Assembly: GCA_017499595.2 (NCBI GenBank)
Contig: CM039003.1
Location: forward strand, 1,116,001 to 1,180,000
DNA from: Psilocybe cubensis
Taxonomy: Eukaryota
Direction of reading: 5' to 3'
Length of the DNA: 64,000 nucleotides
In this document: piece by piece, positions 38,263 through 54,754 of the stretch
How positions within the stretch are numbered: position 1 is the stretch's first letter
Layout of the letters: the number at the start of each line of letters is the position of its first letter
The notes under the pieces: generated by a model
What the model saw: the letters and a program-made list of their open reading frames with translations, nothing else
Database searches by the model: none
What the model was told of the DNA's origin: nothing
Position numbers and translations under genes: made by a program

Positions 38263-39987
38263 ATGACTCCCTCATCACTTTACTTATTGTACCATGACCC
38301 ACCTCGAATCCAGTACCAACGAATGGCCTCATTATTCAAGTTGAATACCATCTCAGGTTGCCAACAATTTGTCGACAGCCAGCCACCCAACGTAATTGCA
38401 GATCAAATTCTCCAAGACCAACGTTCTTGCCGGGATGGTGATGTACCGTCTTTGGTAGTCCACTGCCTTCCTCCGCACACCGATCAAATTGCGCTTTCCA
38501 TAGGAGACAAATCTATACCCATATCCGTTGCGCGCAAACGGTTTTCCAGCATTGTTTCAATGATTAAATCGCACATGAATAATCTTTCGCGATCATCTGG
38601 GAATGTTACACCTCCCCACATGATTCCATCTGATGAAGAATACAAAGCCACACTCAAAGTTTTATCCTATCTCCAATTGCCAGACGTGGGACTAGCGGAC
38701 TCTTCGACACCTCTGGAACATGTACTAGAAAGTATCAAAACCCAACTGCAGCTCGGCCCATGTGTGCGTGAGGCTATCATGGAGCAACGTTGTAGATCTA
38801 TCAAACGTTGCTATATGTGCTGCTATGCTGTTTCTTCAGTCCACCCTTTCTACCAGTCTTTGTGCCTACCCTGTGGAGAATTCAATATCACTTCTTGGTC
38901 TCTATCTCTTCCCACAAATCTTCAGCTAGCCGGGAAAACCGCCTTAGTCACTGGTGGAAGGATCAATTTGGGATATCATACTGCACTGAGGCTACTCCGT
39001 TGTGGGGCAAATGTCGTGGTATCATCCCGATACCCTATGGATGCAGAAAAACGATACCTACAAGAGCATGATTCGAACGACTGGTTGACCAGGTTGAAAA
39101 TTGTTGGTGCTGACTTCCGGGCAGCCAGTGATGTTTTTGCTCTTGTCAACGCCGTCATCGCATGTTTAAAAGAATGGAATACAAAAAATAAACCCAAGCT
39201 CGATATTCTCATCAATAATGCTGCTCAAACCTTAACAGACAGTGTAGACAAAGAACGTAAAAACGTGCAAAGAGAAGCCGAGCTATCTGAAGGAACATCA
39301 CGAGTCGTCTCTCTAAATACACGGTATCAGCCGCGTGTCAGAGGTGGTGTCGTCGGCCAGCATATTCAATCTGTTACAGATATTCCAAATATTGCGCCAA
39401 TGAGCGAACAGACAAATTCAAAGACAACTATTGCCTCCCAGACCAGCTTAGAGTCATCATGGATACAACGCATATCGGAAATTCCATACGAAGACGTCAT
39501 CTCCGCACACAGCGTCAACACATTTGTACCTTTCATCCTAGTTCGCGAACTGCTTCCATATATGTCTGCTAACAGCTTAAATGACGAAGACGAAGAGGTT
39601 TTAAAATCCACCAAACACAAGCCTACCGGCTATATCGTCAACGTCTCCTCTCGCGAAGGAATCTTTGAAAAGACACCTGGGCATCGCGCGAAAGATGGCA
39701 GCCACGTCCACACCAACATGTCCAAGGCCGCCCTCAACATGATTACAGAGACGGAAGCTACGACAGCTTGGAAGAACGGTCGTGTCGCCATGAACACAGT
39801 GGATCCTGGCTACATGAGTGCAGACCCCATATATATGGAAATGGTTGGTAGAGCTGGTACCCCCTGCCCCATTGGATGGGAAGATGGCGCGGGGAGAGAT
39901 TTATGGCCTGTGGCCAAAGGAGAGAAAGGGGAAATAATTCGAGGACGGTTCCTAAAACACTTCGCTGAGATAAATGTGTTTCGCTGA
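38263..39987 (+). CDS. Intronless atypical SDR with an N-terminal CxxC..CxxC module
   Basis: 574-aa single ORF with RCYMCC..HPFYQSLCLPC, ALVTGGRINLG, DILINNAAQT, IVNVSSREG, HTNMSKAALN and MNTVDPG. The start may be the ATG at 38323. Confidence 0.9.
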   Translation: MTPSSLYLLYHDPPRIQYQRMASLFKLNTISGCQQFVDSQPPNVIADQILQDQRSCRDGDVPSLVVHCLPPHTDQIALSIGDKSIPISVARKRFSSIVSMIKSHMNNLSRSSGNVTPPHMIPSDEEYKATLKVLSYLQLPDVGLADSSTPLEHVLESIKTQLQLGPCVREAIMEQRCRSIKRCYMCCYAVSSVHPFYQSLCLPCGEFNITSWSLSLPTNLQLAGKTALVTGGRINLGYHTALRLLRCGANVVVSSRYPMDAEKRYLQEHDSNDWLTRLKIVGADFRAASDVFALVNAVIACLKEWNTKNKPKLDILINNAAQTLTDSVDKERKNVQREAELSEGTSRVVSLNTRYQPRVRGGVVGQHIQSVTDIPNIAPMSEQTNSKTTIASQTSLESSWIQRISEIPYEDVISAHSVNTFVPFILVRELLPYMSANSLNDEDEEVLKSTKHKPTGYIVNVSSREGIFEKTPGHRAKDGSHVHTNMSKAALNMITETEATTAWKNGRVAMNTVDPGYMSADPIYMEMVGRAGTPCPIGWEDGAGRDLWPVAKGEKGEIIRGRFLKHFAEINVFR

Positions 39988-40196
39988 AAGGCCTATGTAT
40001 GCCATGGCATGAGCTGAAGTTTGGCATGTGCATCTACCTTAGAATGAAATGTCACGCCCGCCCAGCAGGTATAAGTTAATCCTTGCACAATACATAATAC
40101 ATTCTTCATATATTCCCGACATCCTCCTGAACGCCAATTCCCATAGTTGAGTGCAAAGTTTGGATCCAGATCCACTGTAGAGTCCAGTGAATCCAT

Positions 40197-43100
40197 TCAG
40201 TTGTCTCCAACAAATTTGTCAAACCACCTGAGGACCTCGTAGTGCCATTTCAGGCTATTTAAAACAAAACAAAATTCAGACACGTTCCATAAATATGGTC
40301 GAAGTAGCAGACCTATTTCCATGATTTAAGACCCAATGATTCTCATCAGGGAAGATGACCAATCGACTAGGAACCCCAAGCCTGTAACAGACCGTCAAAC
40401 ATTATCACCAGTGATGAGATATGCAACAACGTACTGTTGCAAGGTGTGAAAAGCAGCTATACCCTCGGTCTCAGGAATGCGGAAGTCTTTGCTCCCATGG
40501 AACGTAAGCTGAGGAGTCGACCACTTGTGGACAAAATTCGCTGGGTTGTATCTAGAAAAAAGTAAGAGAATGCGGCTCGGGTGATTGAAAAGAAATGAAC
40601 ACACTTCTTAGCTAGGGCAATGGATTCGGGATCCCAAGGACGGCCTTTCCATTCATGATTGAACTAAGGGAGAATTATTAGCGGCTAAAACTACAGTAGT
40701 AACAGTGTGCTTACAAAGAAGAGCTCGTCAGTCGAAAATCCATTGTAAGCCGCATCGAAAACCTGTTCATTCATTCAGACATGAACGATATAATATGACA
40801 CAGTAGGCCTACACCATCGTGGCAGACAAGGGCCTACAGCACAGAGTAAGTGTTCAGTACTTTAGAGGTGATAAAATTAGGTATGGCAGACCTTGAAGTT
40901 AAATCCGAATTCTGGATTGCTTTGAATCCAGCTGGAAAGAATGTCGATACATTAAAATCTCTGCAGAGAAGAGATACATCCACGTACTTGATAGCATAAC
41001 CACCCCAACTGGCACCGGCAGCAACAGCACGATCTGGATCAATCTGATATGGCAAGCAGCATTATTGAATGATCATAATGTGAATATGAGGATATACTGA
41101 CCTCGGGGAATGTTTTCAGAGCGTGGTTCCAGCCCTTAATCAAGTCAACAAATGGTTTCCCTCCCCAGTCTCCAGCAATGGCGTCGGTAAATTCTATAAA
41201 GCACGGACCATAGATCATGTCATGATGAACAGTCGTCAATGATGTTTGGGATAGAATGAACAGACCTTGACCGAAAGTTGTACTCCCAGTTGGGTTGATC
41301 ATGAGCACGAAGTATCCTTGCTGCGCAAAAACTAGGGCATTGTTAAAAGAAGGAAAGATTATCGCGAGGTCAAAATGAGAAAATTACTGTTTGGATTCCA
41401 TCTAGTCGACCATTGGTCTTCCCAAGCACTTTCCGGACCTGTATCAAGATTAGGAACAACGTAACACAGATAATAGGTTTGAGAGAATGTCCAAACCTCC
41501 GTGGATAAGCAAAAGGCCGGGCCACTTCTTCTTATCACCAGCTTGCCATCCTTTGGGTTTTAATGCCCATCCTTGGACATCCTTGTCAAGAGCACCCTTG
41601 AACCAAAATTCTTCGCCTTTGTCAAGGTTTTTGTTCTTGAGATCCTCCTCCGTGAAGCCGGTGATTTTGTGAATTTTAATCTCGGTATCGGCTGCTGTTC
41701 TATCGCCAGCCAAAAGGGCAGTTTCGAAACTCTTGAGACCGCTTGCAATGTAGGCGTCGTTCGGGGATGTGAACGACGACTGGCTGAACAAAACCTTTCC
41801 TCCAGGAAGGGTCTGCAAACCTGACGCTGCTTTTGCATGAGTGATGGCCACGGGAGTAATAGATTTGTCGAGCTTGGGATGAGTTGTAGACTCCGAAGGT
41901 GTGGGGGGTACAGGAATAGCAAAAATCTTGACTTTAGCTTCATCTCCAGCAGTGAAGTAAAGGAAGTCATCGTCTTTGGAGAACTGTTATGGTATGTTAA
42001 CCAATCGTTATTTTCCATCCATGAGCTTTGGAGCTTACACTAAGGGCACTGGCAGATCTGTCCCACTCTTGTGTAATTGTGAAACGGACTTGCTTTTCGA
42101 GGTCGTAGATGACAATCTTATGGCTACAAACGGAACCAAGCACAATAAATGTATGGTCATTCAATGTATATCGGGTAAAGAGTACCTACCGGTCTGATTC
42201 GTGGCCATCCCTGTCAAGCTCCAACCAAGCAACCTTTGTACCTTGAGTGTTAAATACGGGACTATGGGTGGCACCTTGCTTGCCAGAAGTCAGCTCGGTT
42301 GGTTTCTCTCCACCGCTAATGGGCACAATGAAAACCTAGCAGAAACATTGATCATCGTCAACTAGTGTGCATTTGCGAAGGGCGACTAACATCTTGTTTA
42401 GTGTGCCATGCCTCGGGGAGTTTGGGATCTTTCGTGGTATAGACAATATGGGTAGTTGACACGTCGAAATCATCGGTTCCACCGAATGGCTCAACAGGGC
42501 TGTACTGAGTAAATAATCAGTTATAGGCCCAACACAAATCATCTTAGCATACGTGTTTCGTTCCCTGCAAAGGACTCTTGAAGTCATCGTTCAAGGACCA
42601 AACCCCGTCCGCGCCTTTTTGTAGTTGAACACTGAACAACTGAGGCCCCTTCTTTCCCTGCCACTCGTCCCAATGTCTGACATAGGTATCGTCGTAAACA
42701 TAGGCACTGTTTCCACGCTCTTCCCATGCTTTATCCTGTTCTGCAACGGTGCTCAAGTTGCCATCGGGATATACGTAGGCGGAGAACACGAGATTTCCTG
42801 TTTGCGAGTTGTATTTGAAGTTGGATGCGGTCTTGCTCGGAATGGTGCCGATGAGCACAGGCTCCTTGACATGATTGTCGCTGACCGACGCGTCGATGGA
42901 GATGTCGTACGCGTAAACCTCGGTTTGTAAATCACCTCCGATTGCGTTTGCGAGTGTACGCGACGAGAGCCAGAAAGTGTCTCCTCCCTTCTCTAACTAA
43001 TAAACACGTAGTCATCAGTGAGCATTGCGCCGTGTTATTGAGAGTATACCATACCGGTATTTGAATGGATTTCGGCTTAGATAGGTCAAGAGAGACGACA

Positions 43101-43457
43101 TAGACAGACTTCTTGTTCCTTCTCTGAGGTTAGCTTCTTGGGAGTTGGAACAATTGAGGTGCGCATTTACTTGTTGTCTTCGAAGGAAAATTGACTGAAG
43201 GGAACGAACGCAAGATCTGCTTCATGGTTCGCTACTGCAGCTCCTGGACGGCCTAGTTGGATCTGGACAGATTATTAAGAACTACATAAATGGCCGCGTT
43301 GCGTTTATGTATTTACCAGATCTTTCGGAGAAAAGATATCCTCTGCCTCCTTGAATTTATATTCCTGAGTCGGGTTGGACATGACTTTATGGGTGGTCAG
43401 AGGAAGTTGAACTGGAACTTGAGTCGAAAGACCCAAGAGAGCGAAAGGGAACCTCAT
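40197..43457 (-). CDS. Dipeptidyl-peptidase V-like serine peptidase (family S9), many introns
   Basis: [33 protein letters not shown] nucleophile motif, HGSKDFRIP and FPDENHWVL catalytic Asp/His. In-frame ATGs at 43457 and 43382. Confidence 0.92.
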
Positions 43458-43785
43458 ATGGTCGGAAACGGTACCAGATCCACTGCTTCTTATAAAAGGC
43501 TGGGCTTGGGTGGCTAAAGATGGTGGGAAGCGTGGTACAAAATCAAATGCGCCTTGGAACTCGTGTTACGGCGAACTAAGGTTGCAAACGATCGTGGGGA
43601 CCAGCTTCGCCGTGCATGCGATGACTAAAGCATACGCCATTCTCAGTCCTTATGGCTGTCGCTCAGAGTGTTTCCCACTGGAAGTCAAGTATCACAAGGC
43701 GCACCAAACTGTGGGCCTCCCGGAATAGATACAATCATGAAGATATAGTACACAGAGAGCTATGACATGGTATTAAAGCATCTAA

Positions 43786-44767
43786 TTATTCACTCATCTC
43801 AGCGTCGTCCTCATTATCTGAACCCTCGGGGTCTTTCTCCTCTACCGGAATCCCTCCACCTTCAATCTGAACCACCTCGCCTGTGGCCGAATCCCAGCGA
43901 GCAAGGAGGCCTACTCGGAAGGTGACGGTTTTCAAACCAGTCAATTTTAGCAATTGGGCTTGTTCGCTGGTCAAGATTTTGCCCTTTTCACATAGTTTGT
44001 GGGGAGCGGTTAACGTGGGTACTCCCTTTACCATCGAGGTCGTCAAACCAAGCTTCCGTAGTTGAGGGTCTTCATTATGAGGGAAAGGTTCTGGGGGATC
44101 GGAGTGGTGTCTCATTACTGGTCCCACTGGTATAATCACAGTACGAGTCGCTCTGTTACCAGCTCGAGCAAAGTCGGGTTGTTGGAAGTCAGCGAACCAC
44201 TCGATAACTTCCTGTGGCTCTGAGTCTGTGAAAAACAGACCAACCTGGCCTTTTATTTGCTAGATAGATTGTATATTTCAATGTTCCGGTCTTTGGAAAT
44301 TTTAATAGAACGTACCGAAGCGAGCTTCGATAAGCCAAGTCTATGCTCCTCCGCTGCTGTGGTGCCTAACGCCTTCGCCATTACCGCTCCCCGACCGAAA
44401 AACATTCTGGCAGTACTAGCGATCGGTGAGAAAAAAAATTGCAGAGATATAAGCCAGAAATGAGATGGCGTACTCCTTCCATAGTTTCCTGACGGTCTTG
44501 AGATGCGCATTTCGCATCGACCCCACCTCGAAAAGCCAGCAATACCGCCACTTTTCGGCGTTAGATTGTAGCTGCAAATTGATTATAAGAAAAACGTTGA
44601 GCAAAACATGCAGATCAAACGAACCTCGGCCATCATGGCATTTTTGTGCTCCTTCGTCTTTTTGGAGACTTTCGTCAGAGAAACTAGGGAATACAATGGT
44701 TAGTCACATAATAAGATATGATCTATTGGAATTACTGACCAAGTTTTGAGCGTTTTGACCTCGGCAT
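43786..44767 (-). CDS. MRT4: Ribosome assembly factor Mrt4 (mRNA turnover protein 4)
   Basis: MPRSKRSKL, MRNAHLKTVRKLW, MFFGRGAVMAKALG, DFARAG, PQLRKLGL and LTSEQAQLLKL. Confidence 0.95.
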
Positions 44768-44844
44768 GATGGAAGGAGTGAAAAATGTGGATGAAGGAAA
44801 TTTGAAAGTCCGCAAGAAAAACACTTTCGACCATTATCACATCA

Positions 44845-46115
44845 ATGGCGGTTTCTGTCTCCCCATCCGAGCTTCAAAATCTCCAAGATTGCCTGCTCAA
44901 CAAATCTGGAGATGTCGCTTTACATACACGTTTCAGGGCCTTGTTTACCCTCAAGTCATTAAAATCAGAAGATGCAGTGGAGATCATCGCGAAAGGTTCG
45001 TCACTTTGAATGGAATAGTACTCATTTCACCTGATCATCTTTTCTTTTCAAAAAACAAAATCAGGCTTTAAGGATCCTTCAGCTCTTTTGAAACATGAAC
45101 TAGCTTATTGCTTAGGGCAAATTAAGAAGATTTCGGCCCTCCCTACACTTGAATCTGTGCTCAGGGATTCCTCTGAAGACCCTATGGTCCGGCATGAGGT
45201 GCGTATTTTTTTCTACCAAACAAATTATCCAGCCTTATGTATGCTGTCTAGGCTGCCGAAGCCATGGGAGCTATCTCAGATCCAACGTCGCTCCCAATTC
45301 TCAAAGAGTTCCTGACTGACTCTGAGAGGAGCGTCAGGGAGACCTGCGAGATCGCCGTAGCAAAGATCGAATGGGATAACTCTGAGGAAGGAAAAAGGCA
45401 CCATGAAAGGTTGAATGAATCTTCTCCGTGCGTAGCCGTTCCGTATCTTTTATTTTTCTGCTGATATTCTCCTATACAGTTTATATACCTCTGTTGATCC
45501 TGCTCCTCCTTCATCTGGTCTTCTGGCGGGTGCACCAAAACCAGAGGCTATCTCTAAAGATACAATCGAAACTCTCAGAAAAGAACTCGTTAACACAAGC
45601 CTTCCACTTTTTCAAAGATATCGTGCTATGTTTGCTCTCCGAAATATTGGCACCCCAGCAGCTGTCGATGCGCTTGCCTCTGGGTTCTCTGACGAAAGTG
45701 CCCTCTTCAAGTAAATCATCCCACCCAAGTTTTTAAAAAAGTATCTTCATTCATCACTTTTCAGGCATGAAATTGCATTTATTTTCGGACAACTTCTCTC
45801 ACCACACTCAGTACCTTCGCTCTTGAAGGTTCTGCAAAATGCACAAGAGTCTGATATGGTCCGCCATGAGGCAGCTGAGGCCCTTGGCGGTATTGCTACA
45901 CCTGAGGTTCTACCTCATCTTCGTGAGTGGATGGACAGGGAAGACGCACCAAGAGTTGTGCGTGAGAGCTGTCAGGTTGCTATTGATATGTGGGAGGTGA
46001 GTAGAATCATTGCTTCTCGCTTCACTGTACAGTAATATCTTGGCGATAGCACGAAAATTCTGGTGAATTTCAATATGCGAATGCCCTTACCTCCACCCCA
46101 GTCACTGTTACATGA
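44845..46115 (+). CDS. LIA1: Deoxyhypusine hydroxylase (DOHH)
   Basis: RFRALFTLK and four His-Glu motifs ([45 protein letters not shown]) in HEAT repeats. Confidence 0.95.
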
Positions 46116-46569
46116 TTCCTGTGAACGGAGTCGGAATACATTATCACGAAGGTGGTCATACACATCCAAACGATTTACCATGCGATAACGTGCCATATAC
46201 CGTAACATATCACTCTGTAAGCAATCCTAAACTGTTTTGTTCTTGTTCATAAAAACGACAACTATATCGCAGAGTATCAAAAATGAACGCAGTTCAAAAT
46301 CAATTGTATTATTTTTAGATCCCGCATCCACCTTCAAACCAATGTCGTCTTATATTGACATAACCTTCTTTCAGCACGTACTTAATAGAAAAAGGTCGCT
46401 GAAAGTGTTCTAATATGACCATCGGTCACATATTTGCACTGCCGTTTGTTTTACAATGTTTTCGAGCTTCTTGACAGCAGTCGTTGAATCTTATAAGATA
46501 AACCACACGGCACGCTCCCATAGCCTTTACTACCTTATCGCCAAAAGTAAACCTGAATTTTAGAGGACG

Positions 46570-47531
46570 ATGATATTTTCAGCGACACATATCCCCTATG
46601 CATTTGCTTCAGTTTTGTTCATTTGGATTATACTACATACATGGAGGACATCGAAAAAGCCACCATACCCACCTGGTCCACCTGTTCAAGGATTCTTAGC
46701 AGGAAACATGAAGGATGTTCCAACTTCGCAGCCTTGGCTCACTTATACTCAGTGGGGAAGAAAATACGGTAACGTCCTAGTTTTCAGCTTGGGTTGTCGA
46801 GTTAACCGTTTTGACTGGGCTACCAGGTGAAATCGTCCACTTTCGCATATACGGACAACACATGATCTTGTTAAACTCATTTGAAGCGGTCAAAACCCTT
46901 CTTGAGCAAAGGTCCAGTAGTTACTCCGACAAACCACACATTGAAATGATCTATCTGTACATTTTAAACTTGGGCATATCTGATCTCATCTGACCTAATG
47001 ATGCCCTTTCTTTCCAAGACAGGATGGGTTTATAACTTGGCATTCAAGCGATACGGATAGATTCTTTGACGATCAAGGCAATTTGAACCTACAGAATTAC
47101 GAGAACTATGTTTTTGGGTTTGGTCGAAGGTTAGAGGGCAGTCATGGTCAAAATTGAACACCCTTCTCACCAGTGTCATGCTGGTCGACATACCGCCGAC
47201 AATTCAATATGCATCTGTTCTTTGCATGTCTGTCTTCGTTAATTATCGATTGACATTATGTAGGTCTGGTTGGCTGAGACATCAATTTTGAGTGTCTTCG
47301 ACATTGGACTCAAAAAGGATCCCTCTGGAAATCCGATTCCTATAAGTGTTGAATATACAGATGGATTGATTAGGTACGGCATCGTTGTCGCGCTACTAAA
47401 CTATGTCTGGAATTGAGGCCATTTACAGCCATCCTCTCCCATTTGTATGTTCAATCACACCACGGTCGGAAAAAGCGTCGCACTTGATTTTGCAGGCAAT
47501 TAACTTATTAACTTACGTACTGCCTAAATAA
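46570..47531 (+). pseudogene. Cytochrome P450 pseudogene with a large internal deletion
   Basis: The N-terminal TM/PPGP/PWLTYTQWG exons run to ..YNLAFKRYG, then join directly to DRFFDDQG..FGFGR near 47055. Helices C to K are missing and the frame is broken. Confidence 0.85.
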
Positions 47532-47773
47532 ACTATGCTTGACTATGATCACACGAAATTCAATTGGCGTGTACAGATTGGCATTAACAAGATTTTACCA
47601 GTATGTATGTACCTTAGAATCTGGATGCATTCACTGCGCCGCTGTCCATAACTATTCTTGCAACTTTGTTTTTAGCTATCGCTTGCATAATATGCTCACG
47701 GGCAGCGAGCACTCTTTATCCACCTGGCGCTCAGGTTTTGTGATTTAGTTTGAGATCCGTGGCTACCTTAAAC

Positions 47774-48536
47774 AGGACCCGGGAAGCTCCCCTAAGGCCT
47801 TGTCCGGCCTCGACCCCGAATTTGGCCCTCAAATCCGCGAAACCGGACAGACCTCCTCAGGGTCCTTCCTAATTAAGAAATTTTCTCCCTGCGGGGCAGC
47901 ACATTTCTCCACGTCGTTTTTAACAATATTTTGCTTTAAACAGCGTCTCGCAGTCATAATACACATTGAGAGAAAGAGATAAGTACTAATTACAATGTCT
48001 TCCTACCAGGAATACGTATTTTGAGTAGTGACTCGTTGGCTTTACCAATGGCCTTCTGAATATTTGATCTAGCAAACTTTCTCCACAAGAAAGCTCCCTG
48101 AGGACTAAGAGTTTTCTTTGAGTGATATTCACCATGAAGTGCACAAGAGCCAAGGTTGTATATAACGTCGCTAACTCGTGCATGAGTGTGGAGGTAGTAT
48201 TTCCTTCGTGGTGGATGTGGTATACAAGTGAAGTCCGGCACGGGGGTTGATGCATCAGCATCATCGTCGTCTGAGTCATGTCCGTCCATAAATTCCTCAT
48301 CTGGTAACTAGATAAACTGATAAAGGATGTATGTGAATGAATTTGTGTAAATAAAAGAAAATCTGACTGCCGCTGGCCACCTCAGGCTGTGGACCCGGCC
48401 TCAAATCCGCAGGCCCCGGACAATGGTTGGCCTGCGGCGCCCTCAAATCCGCGAAAAACGGACAGGGATTTGGCCTTTTTTCGGCCTCAAATCCGCCAAA
48501 CCCCGGACAAGGCCTTAGGGGAGCTTCCCGGGTCCT
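47774..48536. mobile_element. Non-autonomous TIR DNA transposon with an 8-bp TSD (superfamily unresolved)
   Basis: Perfect 34-bp TIRs AGGACCCGGGAAGCTCCCCTAAGGCCTTGTCCGG, flanked by the direct repeat CCTTAAAC (47766-47773 and 48537-48544); subterminal CCTCAAATCCGC repeats. Confidence 0.93.
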
Positions 48537-49144
48537 CCTTAAACAAACACTGGCAAAAGGCTTGCCTCTTTCCTGTAATGATAGAACACCATTACCGTAC
48601 GTAGTGTCGCTCATTGTACCACGTAAAATGACATTTATAAGGGTTATTTCTTTATCCTGAAAGGTGAGTGACATTCAGTCGGAAAGTGACCTGCCTCCAG
48701 AAATGAGGTACGGATTAAACATGGCAAGTGGTATGACCACCATATCCATTTGAACACGGATCCATTAGTACGCTCTAGCCAGGCTGCACGCTTAATTCGT
48801 GGCGCTGTTTGATATATTGATCACTGACCTCGTAGTTCTGTGGGCACTACAGCAACTAGAGCTACGTAGATGTTCACCTTTGATGTAAAATTAATGTCTT
48901 TCCTAAATGCAACCACCATTTAAGTCAAATTCAAGTCGACATTGTCGAAACAGGTCATTGGCAGAAAGCAACGCACAGCCACATACGGGTCCAAAAGAAT
49001 GATCTAATGACTTTACCACTTTCGACCAACTTCAATGCAACTCTGACTTTTTGACTAAGGACTCAAACGTGCACTTGCTCCTGTTTCGTACTCTTTTATA
49101 TCATCGCCTCTTTATAGACATCTGAAAGATATTAATGCTACAAG

Positions 49145-53040
<3,896 letters not shown>

Positions 53041-53187
53041 CACATGATTAGTTGACTATTCGTTGTCGTTTTCGCTAGTCTTCGTTTGCTGTATGAATAC
53101 TCTTGTTTCGTTTGAGTGAAATGGTGTGTTTCTCTGTTTGGGCGTTGCATTGAAATCTAGCATATTCGAATTCTTTGCTCATGGCCT

Positions 53188-54303
53188 TTATCCTCTTCCA
53201 ACGTACGGTGCTCCGGCAGCCCTGCGAACATTAACGTCATGCAAATTCTAGGCGCAGGAATCGGACCGTCATGTCACTCACATTATATTCACCTCAAGCA
53301 TGGTCACATCAGGTGGCATGCTGGCGATATGTACAACAGTGCTGGCAACTTGTTCGACATCCATGGTAGGTTCTGACAACATAGTGCCATTAGGTTGCAA
53401 TGCCCCGACAGTAAAATGTTTGTCTGATATGTCCGTTTTGGCGTTTCCTGTAAACACAGCGTGGCTAGAATTCGTGGGTGTAATCCCAAATAGTAAACAT
53501 ACCGATGTCCAGCTGAGTGCATGTAATGCCGAAAGGCCGCCCTTCAAGAGAAATGCACTTTGTGAGTCCTGCGATTGCATGCTTGGAGCAAGCATAAGGC
53601 GAGGTATTGGGCCTTGGAACATGCGCCGAGAGTGATCCATTGTTTATAATTCGACCTAGAATAAACGTCAAAGCAACACAGGTTTGGTCAATGATTGAGA
53701 TTTGGACTTGGTGTATAAACTACCTCCTTGTGGTGTCTGTGACTTAAAAATCTTTATGGCCTCGCGCGCTGCTAAAAAGGAGCCAGTGAGATTAACATGA
53801 ATCACAGCCTGAAATGCCTCCAGAGAAAGTTCTTCTATAGGCGCTGCTCTCGGAGATATGCCGGCATTCTGAATATATGGTAAGAGGTTTCCATATATCT
53901 GAATGACGTTTGATGAAAGCCTACGTTAAACAGCAGGTCCAGTCTGCCTATAGACGGTTGTCAGCACCTCTACACGGCCTTGGTAAAGCTATTGGCAATA
54001 TGAAAGATCTGGATTTACCAAAGTGAGATACTGCCGTTTCGAAGACACCTTTGATGAAAGGTTCATCTGTGATATCACCAGCTAAGATAAGAGTTTCGTT
54101 GGTACAAAGTAACGCCGTTTCCTTGAGCTGTTCCAGGCGGCGAGCAGTTAAAACGAGTTTCCATCCAGCTTTGGACAAGGCTATAGCTGATGCGCGTCCA
54201 ATTCCTACAAGGATAGACAAAGGTTTATCATTGCTGACATCGAGGTTCCGTCAACGGTATCCATACCTGAAGACGCGCCAGTAACGATGCCAATTCTAGT
54301 CAT
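53188..54303 (-). CDS. Short-chain dehydrogenase/reductase, multi-exon
   Basis: [47 protein letters not shown] and C-terminal PYVGRG*. Confidence 0.92.
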
Positions 54304-54754
54304 AGTAGGTGGGTAATCAATTCGTAGTTCAACGCCCCTTGAATTGAGGTTGGTATTATAGACAGGTGTTTGATGAAAACCAGATCGCTTGGGTTCAATC
54401 ATTTGCATTGATAAACCCTTGATTTAAATTAGATTAAAAGGCTTCGATTCGTGACCATAAGATTTATTGGCACTGTCTGACAATTAACGTTTTCGAGCAT
54501 ATTTAATATCAAACCCAATGGTTGAAAATTGAACCACAGAGATCATTCATGAAATTGAAAATATCATTTAGAATAACTATTGATACATGAACGAAGCAAT
54601 TTAGTGGCTACACATTCTCGCCATGAGATAATACCGAGATATCTGAATAAGTATAATAAGTTATGTAGTCCAAGTGGTACAGGTACAAAAGTCGAAACGA
54701 ATTTCCTCTGGAACAGATGCAGGTGACAGCAAAAGACAAAACAATAGAAGCAAG

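Noticed and set aside
40197..43457. S9 peptidase as a possible POPB-type peptide macrocyclase
   Set aside because: The motifs (GASWGGY, YVRHWD, DENHW) fit dipeptidyl-peptidase V rather than prolyl oligopeptidase (GGSNGG), and I found no RiPP precursor nearby.
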